From assembly GCA_016195565.1 (NCBI GenBank), contig JACPZK010000002.1, positions 44,422-108,421 on the forward strand: DNA of 64,000 nt. The letters are read 5' to 3'. The DNA comes from Nitrospirota bacterium. Its GTDB lineage: Bacteria; Nitrospirota; Thermodesulfovibrionia; Thermodesulfovibrionales; UBA1546. Below the pieces are notes generated by a model that saw nothing but the letters and a program-made list of their open reading frames with translations, had not been told where the DNA came from and ran no database searches. Made by a program: the position numbers and the translations under genes. This document shows, one piece after another, positions 1-10,456 of the stretch; within the stretch, counting starts at the first letter, position 1; the number at the start of each line of letters is the position of its first letter.

Positions 1-1
1 C

Positions 2-433
2 GGCAGAGAACTATGCTGCAAGACATTTCTTACGTCATTTGAGCCAATATCCATCAAAATGGCAAAACAGCAGGAACTCGTGCTTAATATGAGCAAGCTG
101 TCAGGAATCTGCGGCAGGCTTATGTGCTGCCTGAGCTATGAAATTCCTGATGAATCAGCCGGGATTCAACCCAAGGATGAGATAATGGTCATGGAAGAGA
201 ACACGCCTCTTGAGGATGAAAGAGAAGGTGCGTCTCAACCGGAAACCGTAATAGAAACTGTTTCGAGACATATAGAAACACCAGCCCCTGCTCCCCAGAG
301 CGCTGCCCCTGCTTCTCCTGATAAACCTCAGACAGAAACTGCCAAGGAAAATACAGCAGGACAAAAACAAGAGACCGGGCAGGAACACAGAAAGCGCAAA
401 AGGTGGCGCTGGAGAAAATTCCATAAAAAATGA
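2..433 (+). CDS. PSP1/RicT(YaaT)-family Fe-S protein, C-terminal part (5' end outside window)
   Basis: Frame open from base 2: GRELCCKTFLTSFEPISIKMAKQQELVLNMSKLSGICGRLMCCLSYE, the PSP1 C-terminal Cys motif; lies upstream of metG as is usual. Confidence 0.85.
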   Translation, partial: GRELCCKTFLTSFEPISIKMAKQQELVLNMSKLSGICGRLMCCLSYEIPDESAGIQPKDEIMVMEENTPLEDEREGASQPETVIETVSRHIETPAPAPQSAAPASPDKPQTETAKENTAGQKQETGQEHRKRKRWRWRKFHKK

Positions 434-459
434 TAAAGCCCGTCTATAAGAACCCTTAA

Positions 460-2040
460 ATGAAACAGAGATTCTACGTTACAACTCCTATCTACTATGT
501 CAATGATATCCCGCACATAGGCCACGCATATACAACCATTGCAGCGGATATTCTCTCACGATACAACAGACTGCAAGGAAAAGAAGTTTTTTTTCTTACA
601 GGCACAGACGAACATGGCCAGAAGGTGGAAAAGGCAGCCGCGGAAAAGAAACGCACCCCGAAGGAACATGCAGACATCATGGTGGACAATTTCAGGAATC
701 TTTGGAAAAGGCTGAACATATCCAATGACGCATTTATCCGGACAACTGATGACGCACACATCAAGAGTGTGCAGGGACTTCTTCAGATGCTCCGGGACAG
801 AGGAGAGATTGAAAAAAGGGAATACTCCGGCTGGTACTGCACTCCTGATGAGCGTTTCTGGACTGAAAAGGACCTGGTGGAAGGCAACTGTCCCGACTGC
901 GGCCGGCCTGTTGACCGGATACATGAAGAGAACTATTTCTTCCTCATGTCGAAATATCAGGAAAGGCTCATCAAATATATAGAAGAGAACCCCTCCTACA
1001 TACTCCCTGACACGAGGAGAAATGAGGTTCTCGGATTTCTGAGGAATAATGTCCTCGGAGACCTCTGCATCTCAAGGCCAAAGAGCAGACTTTCATGGGG
1101 AATTCCATTGCCGTTCGATGAAAACTTTGTCACCTATGTCTGGTTTGATGCCTTGGTAAACTATTTTTCGGCAACAAAATATCTTGCTCCAACCACTCTC
1201 AACTCTCAACTCTTAACTCTTAACTCCGGAGATTGGTGGCCTGCTGACCACCATCTTGTGGGAAAGGATATCCTTACTACCCATGCTGTGTATTGGTCCA
1301 CAATGCTCATGGCATTAAACCTTCCCCTTCCAAAAAACATCTTCGCGCACGGGTGGTGGACAGTTCATGGAAAGAAGATGTCAAAGTCTCTCGGAAACAT
1401 GGTCGACCCCAATGCCCTGGTCGAAAAATACGGTGTGGATGCCCTGCGGTATTTCCTGTTCCGCGAGGTGCCTTTCGGGCTTGACGGAGATTTTTCAGAG
1501 CAGGCGCTCATTAACCGTATAAATACAGACCTCGCAAATGACCTCGGCAACCTCGTAAGCAGATTCAGTGCAATGGCAGAGAAATATTTTGGAGGAGCAA
1601 TTGATATTGGAAGCATAGATGCAAGCGCATCAAGTGAGCTTGAAGAGCAGTGCGCTTATGCACATATGAATGTGCACAGAAAAGAATATTGGTCCCATCT
1701 GCACTTCAGCCTGATGCTTGAAAATATCTGGAATATAATCGGAGAGGCGAATAATTATATAGCAAGGAAAGAGCCGTGGAAACTCGCAAAAGAGAATACG
1801 GATCAATTGAAAATCGTTATGTTCAATATCTGGAATGCCTTGCGAATCACAGCGCTCTCGCTTTATCCTTTTATGCCCGATACCGCCGGGAAGATATGGA
1901 TACAGCTTGGCTTAAAATCTTTGGTTGATGAGGCAAGACAGTACAGCCCTGAAATTTTTGAATGGGACTGGAAACCATCATATGAAATAAAAGTCTCTAA
2001 AGCAGAACACCTTTTCCCGAGAATTGAGACAAAGAAATAA
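460..2040 (+). CDS. metG: Methionyl-tRNA synthetase (no C-terminal tRNA-binding domain)
   Basis: HIGH, GTDEHG, Zn-knuckle CPDC, YVWFDAL and KMSKS motifs. Confidence 0.97.
   Translation: MKQRFYVTTPIYYVNDIPHIGHAYTTIAADILSRYNRLQGKEVFFLTGTDEHGQKVEKAAAEKKRTPKEHADIMVDNFRNLWKRLNISNDAFIRTTDDAHIKSVQGLLQMLRDRGEIEKREYSGWYCTPDERFWTEKDLVEGNCPDCGRPVDRIHEENYFFLMSKYQERLIKYIEENPSYILPDTRRNEVLGFLRNNVLGDLCISRPKSRLSWGIPLPFDENFVTYVWFDALVNYFSATKYLAPTTLNSQLLTLNSGDWWPADHHLVGKDILTTHAVYWSTMLMALNLPLPKNIFAHGWWTVHGKKMSKSLGNMVDPNALVEKYGVDALRYFLFREVPFGLDGDFSEQALINRINTDLANDLGNLVSRFSAMAEKYFGGAIDIGSIDASASSELEEQCAYAHMNVHRKEYWSHLHFSLMLENIWNIIGEANNYIARKEPWKLAKENTDQLKIVMFNIWNALRITALSLYPFMPDTAGKIWIQLGLKSLVDEARQYSPEIFEWDWKPSYEIKVSKAEHLFPRIETKK
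1195..1226 (+). repeat. Heptamer tandem repeat (ACTCTCA/ACTCTTA) inside metG
   Basis: actctca-actctca-actctta-actctta-actc, read as TLNSQLLTLNS. Confidence 0.85.
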
Positions 2041-2053
2041 GTATGGTGAATAG

Positions 2054-3388
2054 GTGAATCGTTTGCAAACTGCTGACTATATTATTCAGGCTGATTATAT
2101 CATCACAATGGACAAAGACCAGACTGTCCTGAGGAACGGCGCACTTGCTATTCTGGAAGGAAATATCTCGGATATCGGTGATTATGATACCGTCTCAAAA
2201 AAATATTCCTCAAAAAATATAATCACCGGCAAAAACACGGCAGTGCTACCGGGACTAATAAACACGCACACCCATGCGGCAATGGTTTATTTCAGGGGCA
2301 TGGCAGACGACCTGCCATTAAAGGAATGGCTTGAGGAACATATCTGGCCTGCTGAGAATAAGTGGCTCAGCCCTGAATTTGTATCCGATGCAACAGAGTT
2401 GGCCTGTCTTGAGATGCTTAAGGCTGGGATTACAACATACAATGACATGTATTTTTTTGAGGATGCCTCAAGCATAGCTGCGAAAAAAATCGGCATGAGG
2501 GCTGTTCTTGGCGCAGGAATAGTTGACTTCCCCACAATTGCAGGCAATTCGGCAGATGAATATTTAAGCAAGGCGGAAAGATTTATAAAGGAATGGCAAG
2601 GCGATGATTTGGTTGTGCCGTGCATTGCGCCTCATTCAGCTTACGCATGCAGCCCTGAGACTCTCAAAAAAGTAAAGGAACTTTCCGATAAATACAATGT
2701 CATGATTCACACGCATCTCTCAGAGACAAAGTGGGAGGTTGAAGAGATAAAGGGGAAATACGGCTTAACTCCTGTTGAGCATCTAAAAAAAATCGGCCTT
2801 CTTGATGAGAACATTATTGCAGCCCACTGCGTCTGGGTTGATGAAAAAGATATAGAGGCTATTGCAAAACATAAAGTCGGAGTTTCTCACTGCATAGAGA
2901 GCAATCTCAAGCTGAGTTCAGGCATTGCGCCTGTGCCTGAGATGCTTAGGGCAGGCGTAAAGGTAAGTCTCGGAACAGACGGGGCTGCAAGCAATAATGA
3001 CCTTAATATCCTGAGCGAGATGTCAACTGCCGCAAAAGTGCATAAGGCGGTCTCAAATGACCCTACTGTTCTGGATGCAAAAAAAGCTTTGCTCATGGCG
3101 ACAAAATGTGGCGCTGATGCCCTTGGACTTGGAGGCATTACAGGCAGCCTTGAGAAAGGCAAGGCGGCAGACATAGCGATAATAAATCTGAACAAACCTC
3201 ATCTTACGCCTTTGTATGATATTTATTCACACATAGTCTATTCGGCGCGGGCATCAGATGTAGAGACAGTATTTGTTAACGGGAAACTTGTTGTTGATAA
3301 AGGCAGGCTCTGCACTGCTGATGAAGAGGAGATATTATCTAAAGCCAGAGATTGGCGGGGAAAGATTAGAATACAAGGGCGACCCTAA
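2054..3388 (+). CDS. mtaD: Amidohydrolase, probable 5'-methylthioadenosine/S-adenosylhomocysteine deaminase
   Basis: NTHTH, HLSET, AHCV, HCIESNLKL and GTDGAASNN motifs. Confidence 0.8.
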   Translation: MNRLQTADYIIQADYIITMDKDQTVLRNGALAILEGNISDIGDYDTVSKKYSSKNIITGKNTAVLPGLINTHTHAAMVYFRGMADDLPLKEWLEEHIWPAENKWLSPEFVSDATELACLEMLKAGITTYNDMYFFEDASSIAAKKIGMRAVLGAGIVDFPTIAGNSADEYLSKAERFIKEWQGDDLVVPCIAPHSAYACSPETLKKVKELSDKYNVMIHTHLSETKWEVEEIKGKYGLTPVEHLKKIGLLDENIIAAHCVWVDEKDIEAIAKHKVGVSHCIESNLKLSSGIAPVPEMLRAGVKVSLGTDGAASNNDLNILSEMSTAAKVHKAVSNDPTVLDAKKALLMATKCGADALGLGGITGSLEKGKAADIAIINLNKPHLTPLYDIYSHIVYSARASDVETVFVNGKLVVDKGRLCTADEEEILSKARDWRGKIRIQGRP

Positions 3389-3400
3389 GGGAAGGGTGTA

Positions 3401-3814
3401 TTAAAGAAACTCAGGCAACAGGCTCATCAGCCTCCAGCGCTTAAAGCCGTTTTCAGTCACATACGCCCACTTCTGAAGGTCCAGCAGAGTCTTCATTCTA
3501 TATGAAGAAAGGGAATAGTAGTCTATTTCTACTTCAACCTGAGCAGTGCCGTTTTCTTCATCATACTGTATTCGTAAGATGCGGCGGTCTACCACTTTAA
3601 TATTCTTCGCCGCTTTTACCCTTGCGCTGAATTCCTTTGCAATGCTCTCCGAGGCAAAAAAGCCTGCGGCATCAAAACTCTGCGAAGACAAAAACTTATT
3701 ATACTTGTTGATACTGTCATCAAATTCCACACGCACAGACATCGCGGGCATACAAGCAGAAAGTGCAATTGCAGCAAGCATACTCCAGAAAATAATCCTG
3801 ATTTTATTTTTCAT
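3401..3814 (-). CDS. Putative lipoprotein of unknown function
   Basis: Likely start MKNKIRIIFWSMLAAIALSA-C (lipobox LSAC); ORF track extends to 3844. Confidence 0.7.
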   Translation of the reverse strand: MKNKIRIIFWSMLAAIALSACMPAMSVRVEFDDSINKYNKFLSSQSFDAAGFFASESIAKEFSARVKAAKNIKVVDRRILRIQYDEENGTAQVEVEIDYYSLSSYRMKTLLDLQKWAYVTENGFKRWRLMSLLPEFL

Positions 3815-3821
3815 AGGTATT

Positions 3822-4415
3822 TTACATCTCCCTTCTTCCCTCAAGCGCCTTGCTTAAAGTTACCTCGTCGGCAAATTCAATATCGCTTCCGATGGGAAGG
3901 CCGTATGCAATTCGTGTAACTTTTACACTGAAGGGCTTCAGGACATCTTTTATATACTGTGCCGTCATCTCTCCTTTTGTATTCGGATTCGTCGCAAGTA
4001 TTACCTCTGCTACGCTGTCGCCTCTCACCCTTTCCACAAGCTCGGCTATCTTTAGTCTGTCCGGCATCATCCCGTCTATAGGCGAGATTGAACCGAGAAG
4101 GACATGATAAAGGCCGTTAAATGCCTTTGCCCTTTCAACGACAAGGATGTTGCTCGGCTCCTCCACAATGCATATCTTTGTTCTGTCCCTTGACTCGTCC
4201 CTGCATATACTGCACACCTCTGTATCCGTAATGTTAAAACACCTGCTGCAGAACCTTGCCTTTTCCTTCACATCATTAATAGCTTTGGCTATGTCTTTTG
4301 CGCTTTCTTCAGACAGCGTAAGTATGAAAAAGGCAAGCCTCTGCGCGGTCTTTCTTCCTATCCCCGGGAGTTTTGTAAGTTCGTTTATGAGGTTTTCTAT
4401 TATTCCCTGCGCCAT
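3822..4415 (-). CDS. recR: Recombination mediator RecR
   Basis: LPGIGRKTAQRLA HhH, CSRC..CSIC zinc finger, TOPRIM EVILATNP. Confidence 0.97.
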   Translation of the reverse strand: MAQGIIENLINELTKLPGIGRKTAQRLAFFILTLSEESAKDIAKAINDVKEKARFCSRCFNITDTEVCSICRDESRDRTKICIVEEPSNILVVERAKAFNGLYHVLLGSISPIDGMMPDRLKIAELVERVRGDSVAEVILATNPNTKGEMTAQYIKDVLKPFSVKVTRIAYGLPIGSDIEFADEVTLSKALEGRREM

Positions 4416-4565
4416 AATCACCAAGCCTCTTTAGAATATCGTTTACAATCTTTCGTTGTCAATAGAAGCGCTTCTTAAAAAAACGATACTGGTTTTCTTC
4501 TACGCAAAATGTAAAATATACGAGGCTATTTCAGCGGCTATTGTATCGCTAAAAATGGTGCGCAG

Positions 4566-5414
4566 TTATTTTGCTTTAACAACAAGCACAGGACAATGGG
4601 AAAGACCGACCACCCTCTCGGAAACGCTGCCCATTAGAAGCTTTTCAATACCGGTTCTGCCATATGTCCCCATGATAATTATATCCACACTCTTCTCCAT
4701 TGCTGTCTTTAAAATCATCTCGTATCGTCTTCCTACTATCGTAAGCGGTTCTATCTCAACGCCTTGCTCTTTAGCCTTTTCCATCACCCTTTCCACATTT
4801 GCCTGTGCACGTGGCAGATCACTGCCGGTAGGGGCAACGGAAAGGGCAAAGGTTTTTTTGACCTTGGGATAGCATCTTTTGCTCATGCTGACGGCCTCTC
4901 TCTCAGCTACTTCACAGTATTTTGAGCCGTCTGTGGCGACCATTATATTGTCCACCTTTATCTCTGAATCCTTTGGCACCACAAGAACCTTGCATGGGGA
5001 GTACCCTATCACTTTTGCAGTCACACTTCCCATGAGAATCTTTTTGAGACCCGTTCTCCCACGCCTGCCCATAACAATTACATCGCTCTTTATCTTCTCT
5101 GCCTCCTCTACTATCGCCTTATACGGCTGGTCCGTCCTCCTTACAATAACCTCGCATTCGACGTTATCCTGCGCAGCCATCTTCCTTATCCTGTCCAGAT
5201 GCTCCTTTGCGGCAATTTCCATTTTTTCCACAATTTTTGGGCCTTCTGTCTCAAGCTCGGGATTGACCTCCAACACATAAATCACCGAAAGCTTTTCAAT
5301 GCATGATTTTGCCCGATAAATTGCCTCTTTTATTGCGCCTTCACTGTATTCTGAGCCGTCTGTAGCGAGGAGAATATTTTTAAGCGGCCCCATGTAATCC
5401 ATTCTGTTGCTCAT
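4566..5414 (-). CDS. Tandem universal stress protein (two USP domains)
   Basis: Two ATDGS...MG..GRTG...LMGSV...CxVLVV units. Confidence 0.92.
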   Translation of the reverse strand: MSNRMDYMGPLKNILLATDGSEYSEGAIKEAIYRAKSCIEKLSVIYVLEVNPELETEGPKIVEKMEIAAKEHLDRIRKMAAQDNVECEVIVRRTDQPYKAIVEEAEKIKSDVIVMGRRGRTGLKKILMGSVTAKVIGYSPCKVLVVPKDSEIKVDNIMVATDGSKYCEVAEREAVSMSKRCYPKVKKTFALSVAPTGSDLPRAQANVERVMEKAKEQGVEIEPLTIVGRRYEMILKTAMEKSVDIIIMGTYGRTGIEKLLMGSVSERVVGLSHCPVLVVKAK

Positions 5415-5415
5415 A

Positions 5416-5859
5416 TCAATGCCCTCCTGCTTTTAATATGCCGCTTGCTGCAAGGAGCAAGACAGCCACTTCAAGCGCTGCAATTACAACATATGAAGTG
5501 TCTTTTTTCCTAATAAGTATAGGCAATATAACGAGATAACATAAAATGCTCAGGCCTCCAAGCATCGCTATTCCAACAAAGTTGAGATAATCCCCATTGC
5601 CCGCCAGTTTGATCCAGCCCCAGCCGGTCGGCACATTGAATGCCTGATTGAAATCGTGAGCTCTCATGCTCCAGTATGCTATCTTTGAACCCGGAGGAGT
5701 TTTAGAAAGGTCCCCGATAGGTATGTAACTTGGCAGCAATCCTGATATATAGACGATAAAGAAAACTATAAGCAGGGCAAGCCCAATCCACATCCCGCTA
5801 TTTAAAACACCTGCATATGCAAGCTGTTCTTCCGATACTTTTTTCTTATCTTCTGTCAT
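5416..5859 (-). CDS. DUF1634-like membrane protein, partner of the TauE/SafE permease
   Basis: About 3 TM helices; EQLAYA and PTGWGW...GDYLNF pattern; directly follows the permease. Confidence 0.7.
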   Translation of the reverse strand: MTEDKKKVSEEQLAYAGVLNSGMWIGLALLIVFFIVYISGLLPSYIPIGDLSKTPPGSKIAYWSMRAHDFNQAFNVPTGWGWIKLAGNGDYLNFVGIAMLGGLSILCYLVILPILIRKKDTSYVVIAALEVAVLLLAASGILKAGGH

Positions 5860-5868
5860 CTTATCCTC

Positions 5869-6843
5869 CTATTTCCAGATCTCAAGGCCTTTTAGAAGTG
5901 CCCTGAGCCCTGCAAAAAACAACAGGCCGATAACCATCGATTTAATGGCCTTAGGTTTTGACTTTACAAGTATCTTAACGCCTACAATCGAGCCGAGCAT
6001 TATGCCGACAATCGAAGGCACAACAATCATCGGTAATACTGCACCCTGATTGAGATAAACCCATGCTGCTGAAGTGTCAGTTATGGAAAGAAGAAATTTG
6101 CTTGTTGCAACAGATATTTTAAGCGGGGCTCCCATCAATAAGTTTAAAACAGGGACATTGGCCCAGCCGGCGCCAAGTCCGAACATGCCGGCCATTACAC
6201 CGATGACTATAAATAGAGCCAACCCCTGAGGAGTTCTATGAACCTGCCACTCAATGTCTTTTCCCAAAGATTCTTCTCTATATATCCCCATAATATGAAG
6301 GCTTTGTGACAGATTATCCGGTTTCGCAACATTGGGGAAGTCGGACTTCTTAGCTGTGACCATAATCGCTACAATGAACAGTATTGTCGCTCCGAGAAGG
6401 GTATTGACCACGTTTGGTTTGAGAGCAAGACCGATCATTGCACCAACGATTGCGGCTGACGATGCGATAAGCGCCACCGGCAATGCCAAGCGAAGGCTCG
6501 CGAGGTTTCTTCTCAAGAGGCCCGGCCCGGCTGCGAGAGCTCCCGCAAGAGCAACGAGCAACCCGGCGCCCCTTACAAAATCAATATTGAACGGGAAAAA
6601 ACCGCCTATGATGGGGACAAAAAGAACGCCTCCTCCAACACCTCCAAGAACAGCAAGGATGCCTAAGATAAAGGTAACAACAAATAAAGCCAAGGGCCAA
6701 ACCCACCATGGAGCGGTTGATGCTGAAGCGGTTTCCTTTGCAACCTCCTGAGTTTCTGACGCAAAAGCAGATATGCTGACGCATATAGCCATTATTGAAA
6801 GAACAACAATCAAAATCTTTAAAACTTTCCTTGAATGAATCAA
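5869..6843 (-). CDS. TauE/SafE (TSUP) family sulfite exporter-like permease
   Basis: GVGGGVLFVP and GMFGLGAGWANVPVL repeats; likely TTG start at 6843 after AGGAGG. Confidence 0.85.
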   Translation of the reverse strand: MIHSRKVLKILIVVLSIMAICVSISAFASETQEVAKETASASTAPWWVWPLALFVVTFILGILAVLGGVGGGVLFVPIIGGFFPFNIDFVRGAGLLVALAGALAAGPGLLRRNLASLRLALPVALIASSAAIVGAMIGLALKPNVVNTLLGATILFIVAIMVTAKKSDFPNVAKPDNLSQSLHIMGIYREESLGKDIEWQVHRTPQGLALFIVIGVMAGMFGLGAGWANVPVLNLLMGAPLKISVATSKFLLSITDTSAAWVYLNQGAVLPMIVVPSIVGIMLGSIVGVKILVKSKPKAIKSMVIGLLFFAGLRALLKGLEIWK

Positions 6844-6992
6844 TTCATTCCCTCCTTGCCTCAAAAATATTGTTTCATTTAGCAATGACGTGTTTAATTA
6901 TTGAAACGGTTTATATATTAACTCCATGACATTCAGAGGGTCAAGAGAAAGCGGATATTAAATTTTTATGAACCTATAAGAATACATTTGCT

Positions 6993-7868
6993 TCATGTTT
7001 TATCCGGCCTTTTCTCCCGCCATTTGTAATATGTCTCTCCGAAAAATATTGCCGCAGCCGCAAGGATAATCCCTGCGATGACATCCACAACATAATGATA
7101 CCGGCAATAGACGGTGGAGAATAGCAGAAGGCTTACAACAGGCAGATAAATCAGGAATAGAGTTCTCTTGTATTTATATGCAAGATACAGCACTGTCAGC
7201 GCAACGCCTGTATGCCCGCTCGGGAACGCATCACGTTTTATGCCTTCAAGCCTGTTCAACAGATTCTGCATCGGCTCCGCCATAAAAAATCCTTCGAGCC
7301 TCTGCGTCTGTAAATGAGCAAGCGCAAATCTCGGGCCGAGCGCAGGCCAGATTATATAACCAAGATATGAGAGGTAAAAACAGAACAGGATAAGAAACAG
7401 CGACCTGTCAAACTCTTTTCTCTGGTTGTTCCTTAGCAGCGCTATACCGAAAACCACAGGCAGAAAATAATATGTAGAGTATGCTGTCTGAAGAATGTCC
7501 GTCAGAAATGGATTCATTATTGCTTCAAGCATGACAGTAGGATGGTTGCCGAAAATCATGTAATCAAGCCTTACAAGCAGCGGGTCTATATCCCTGGGAT
7601 TTACGTAATGGACAACCCATTCAAGACTGTCAAAGAGTATGATGACGCATATTATCGGAAATACAAGGTCATAAGTTATTCTCAGGAATCTGTTCCTGTC
7701 CCTGAATCTTATAATTATGAATTGCGAAATAAGGAGTGCGGTGTATATTGAGATTAAGAGCAGTCTCTTCGGAATAGCAGAGTTAAATGCGATTGTGAGC
7801 AGCAGTAATATGCTGACAAATACCACTGTCACAGCATCAGCAGGCCTTAAATTAAATAACTTTTTCAT
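6993..7868 (-). CDS. PAP2-superfamily membrane phosphatase/phosphotransferase (PAP2_3/Aur1-like)
   Basis: PALGPR, DAFPSGH and RYHYVVDV motifs; multiple TM helices. Confidence 0.88.
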   Translation of the reverse strand: MKKLFNLRPADAVTVVFVSILLLLTIAFNSAIPKRLLLISIYTALLISQFIIIRFRDRNRFLRITYDLVFPIICVIILFDSLEWVVHYVNPRDIDPLLVRLDYMIFGNHPTVMLEAIMNPFLTDILQTAYSTYYFLPVVFGIALLRNNQRKEFDRSLFLILFCFYLSYLGYIIWPALGPRFALAHLQTQRLEGFFMAEPMQNLLNRLEGIKRDAFPSGHTGVALTVLYLAYKYKRTLFLIYLPVVSLLLFSTVYCRYHYVVDVIAGIILAAAAIFFGETYYKWREKRPDKT

Positions 7869-7879
7869 TCAATTTTAAT

Positions 7880-7902
7880 AAAGGCAGGAACCCTGCCTTT
7901 TT
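7880..7902. terminator. Intrinsic terminator-like hairpin
   Basis: aaaggcagg-aac-cctgccttt followed by tt. Confidence 0.55.
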
Positions 7903-7914
7903 ATTCATCAGCGG

Positions 7915-8406
7915 CTACAATTTGCTGAGCGCCCTTATTTTTGCCTTCTCTTTTTTAGAAAGCCTTCTGGGGCTTCCCTTTTTAGGCACTTCATATTCAT
8001 CTTCGTCAATCAGGTCAAATTCGCCTGTCTCAACCCTTAAGGGCTTTTCAAGTATATCCGAGAACTCACCTGATGAGACAACAGCAGAGCCATTTGCCCA
8101 TGCATGGTCAGCAATCTCCCTGTCAGAGGTTATAACAATCCACTGTTTTTTTTCAGAGGATATGATTCTTTTTATCACGGCATCTGCCTTTTCTCCGAGC
8201 CTTGAGTAGATTACTTTGATACCCCCTATTACTGAATGGGACTCATCACCGCTTCCGCTTTTCCATCCGTCAAATACAACAGTGATTTCATGCCCTTTTA
8301 TTTTCCTGTATTCAGCAAGCCGCTCCACAAGCCTCTGCCTCTGGCTTTCAAGGTCTCTGTGGTGTATGCCGATGAGATTGTAACCGTCTATAAGAATGTG
8401 AGAAAT
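7915..8406 (-). CDS. NYN-domain ribonuclease, YacP/Rae1-like; probable ATT start
   Basis: Frame continues 26 codons upstream of the tracked GTG to ISHILIDGYNLIG; VVFDG, ADAVI and VITSDREI motifs; GGGAGGG lies 4 nt before the ATT. Confidence 0.8.
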   Translation of the reverse strand: MSHILIDGYNLIGIHHRDLESQRQRLVERLAEYRKIKGHEITVVFDGWKSGSGDESHSVIGGIKVIYSRLGEKADAVIKRIISSEKKQWIVITSDREIADHAWANGSAVVSSGEFSDILEKPLRVETGEFDLIDEDEYEVPKKGSPRRLSKKEKAKIRALSKL

Positions 8407-8436
8407 AGCGCCCTCCCTTTATTTCTGTTTCTTTCC

Positions 8437-8518
8437 GTCATTCCGCACTTGATGCGGAATCCAGAATTCGCTGTTTTCACAATGCCAACGTCTGGATTCC
8501 TGCTTCCGCAGGAATGAC
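8437..8518. repeat. Palindromic element, GTCATTCC...GGAATGAC family
   Basis: gtcattccgcacttgatgcggaatccag...ctggattcctgcttccgcaggaatgac; relatives at 31673, 56213 and 60547. Confidence 0.9.
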
Positions 8519-8561
8519 AGAACTGTGTAGCTAAGGTATTTTACATTGTATAATATACTTT

Positions 8562-10451
8562 ATGTTTAAAGACCGTGATTATGACGTAATTGTTGTCGGC
8601 GCTGGACACGCGGGATGTGAGGCTGCGCTTGCTTCCTCGCGAATGGGTCTTTCCACATGCCTTTTCACCATTAACCTTGATACAATCGCGCAGATGCCGT
8701 GCAACCCTGCAATAGGAGGCTTAGCAAAAGGGCATCTCGTCAGAGAGATAGACGCCCTCGGCGGGGAAATGGCAAAGATAACTGACAGCGCAGGAATTCA
8801 GTTCCGGATACTGAATAAGTCAAAGGGCCCTGCTGTGTGGTCCTTGAGGGCACAGGCAGACAGGGTCTTGTATAAACTTGCAATGAGAAAGGTTCTTGAG
8901 TTTCAAAAAAATCTTGATATAAAGCAGGCATTCGTAGATGAAATTACTGTGGAAGACGGAAAAGTAAAAGGCATTCTTACCTCATTGGGGATATTCTACG
9001 GAGCTAAAGCTGTTATAGTGACAACAGGGACCTTCCTCAAGGGATTAATGCACATAGGTTTTGAGAACTTCTCTGCGGGCAGGGCAGGAGAGTTCCCTTC
9101 TATCGGCTTATCAGAATCATTAAAAAAACTCGGCCTTGAGATGGGACGGCTTAAGACAGGAACTCCTCCGCGGCTTGACGCAAAGACAATAGATTTTTCA
9201 AAGACAGAGCCGCAGTATGGGGATGATCCTCCTGTTCCGTTCTCCCACAGCACAGGGAAGATAACGAATCCGCAGCTTCCCTGTTTTATAACATATACGA
9301 ATCCTGAAACTCACTCGGTAATCCGCGAAAATTTGGACCGTTCACCTCTTTACAGCGGAAAGATACAGGGAGTCGGGCCGAGATACTGCCCTTCAATAGA
9401 AGATAAGGTTATACGCTTTTCCGAAAAGCCGAGGCATCAGGTCTTCCTTGAGCCTGAGGGGCTGGAGACAAAAGAATATTATGCAAATGGAATATCCACA
9501 AGCCTTCCTTATGATGTACAGGTAAGACTCGTGCGGACGATTCCTGGACTTGAACATGCAGAGATAATGAGGCCGGGCTATGCCATTGAATATGACTTTG
9601 TGTATCCTACACAGCTCAAGCACAATCTTGAGACGAAACGCATTGGCGGGCTTTGCCTTGCAGGACAGATTAACGGGACTTCCGGATATGAGGAGGCGGC
9701 AGCGCAGGGTCTGATGGCAGGGATTAATGCATCGCTGAAAATTCAGGGAAAAGAACCTTTAATACTTGAAAGGCATGAGGCTTATATTGGAGTTTTGATT
9801 GACGACCTCATAACAAAAGGCACCTCAGAGCCATACAGGATGTTCACCTCACGCGCAGAATACAGACTGCTTCTGAGGCATGATAATGCTGATTTGAGAC
9901 TGATGGAAAAGGGGTTCAGCATAGGGCTTATCAGTGACAGTGATTTCAAAAGATTTGAAGAAAAAAAGAAACGTATCTCAGAAGAAATTGAAAGGCTTAA
10001 GAAAACAAGGCTTAACCCATCGCTGGTTAATGAGACTCTTACCGCGATTAATGCCTCTCCTGTGTCAGAAAATATAAGCCTTGAACAGCTTTTAAAAAGG
10101 CCTGAGATTGTATATAATCTTATCAGAACGCTCTCCCCCCCGGAAAAGACTTTGGCGACTGACATAGAGAATCAGGTTGAGATACAGGTAAAATACGAGG
10201 GATATATCCTCAAGCAGACAGAAATGGCAGAAAAGCTCAAAAAGATGGAAGGCAAAAAAATACCTGACAATTTTGACTATGCTTCCATAAACGGGCTTTC
10301 AACAGAGGTTCTTGAAAAACTTCAGAAGATAATGCCTGCAAACATAGGGCAGGCAGGCAGGATTCCGGGGATTACGCCGGCAGCGCTGTCGCTTCTGCTG
10401 ATAAGCATAGAGAAAAGAAGAAGACATAGAGAGACGCAAAGACCCTCTTAA
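8562..10451 (+). CDS. mnmG: tRNA uridine-5-carboxymethylaminomethyl modification enzyme MnmG/GidA
   Basis: [29 protein letters not shown] and [17 protein letters not shown] motifs. Confidence 0.98.
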   Translation: MFKDRDYDVIVVGAGHAGCEAALASSRMGLSTCLFTINLDTIAQMPCNPAIGGLAKGHLVREIDALGGEMAKITDSAGIQFRILNKSKGPAVWSLRAQADRVLYKLAMRKVLEFQKNLDIKQAFVDEITVEDGKVKGILTSLGIFYGAKAVIVTTGTFLKGLMHIGFENFSAGRAGEFPSIGLSESLKKLGLEMGRLKTGTPPRLDAKTIDFSKTEPQYGDDPPVPFSHSTGKITNPQLPCFITYTNPETHSVIRENLDRSPLYSGKIQGVGPRYCPSIEDKVIRFSEKPRHQVFLEPEGLETKEYYANGISTSLPYDVQVRLVRTIPGLEHAEIMRPGYAIEYDFVYPTQLKHNLETKRIGGLCLAGQINGTSGYEEAAAQGLMAGINASLKIQGKEPLILERHEAYIGVLIDDLITKGTSEPYRMFTSRAEYRLLLRHDNADLRLMEKGFSIGLISDSDFKRFEEKKKRISEEIERLKKTRLNPSLVNETLTAINASPVSENISLEQLLKRPEIVYNLIRTLSPPEKTLATDIENQVEIQVKYEGYILKQTEMAEKLKKMEGKKIPDNFDYASINGLSTEVLEKLQKIMPANIGQAGRIPGITPAALSLLLISIEKRRRHRETQRPS

Positions 10452-10456
10452 AACCT

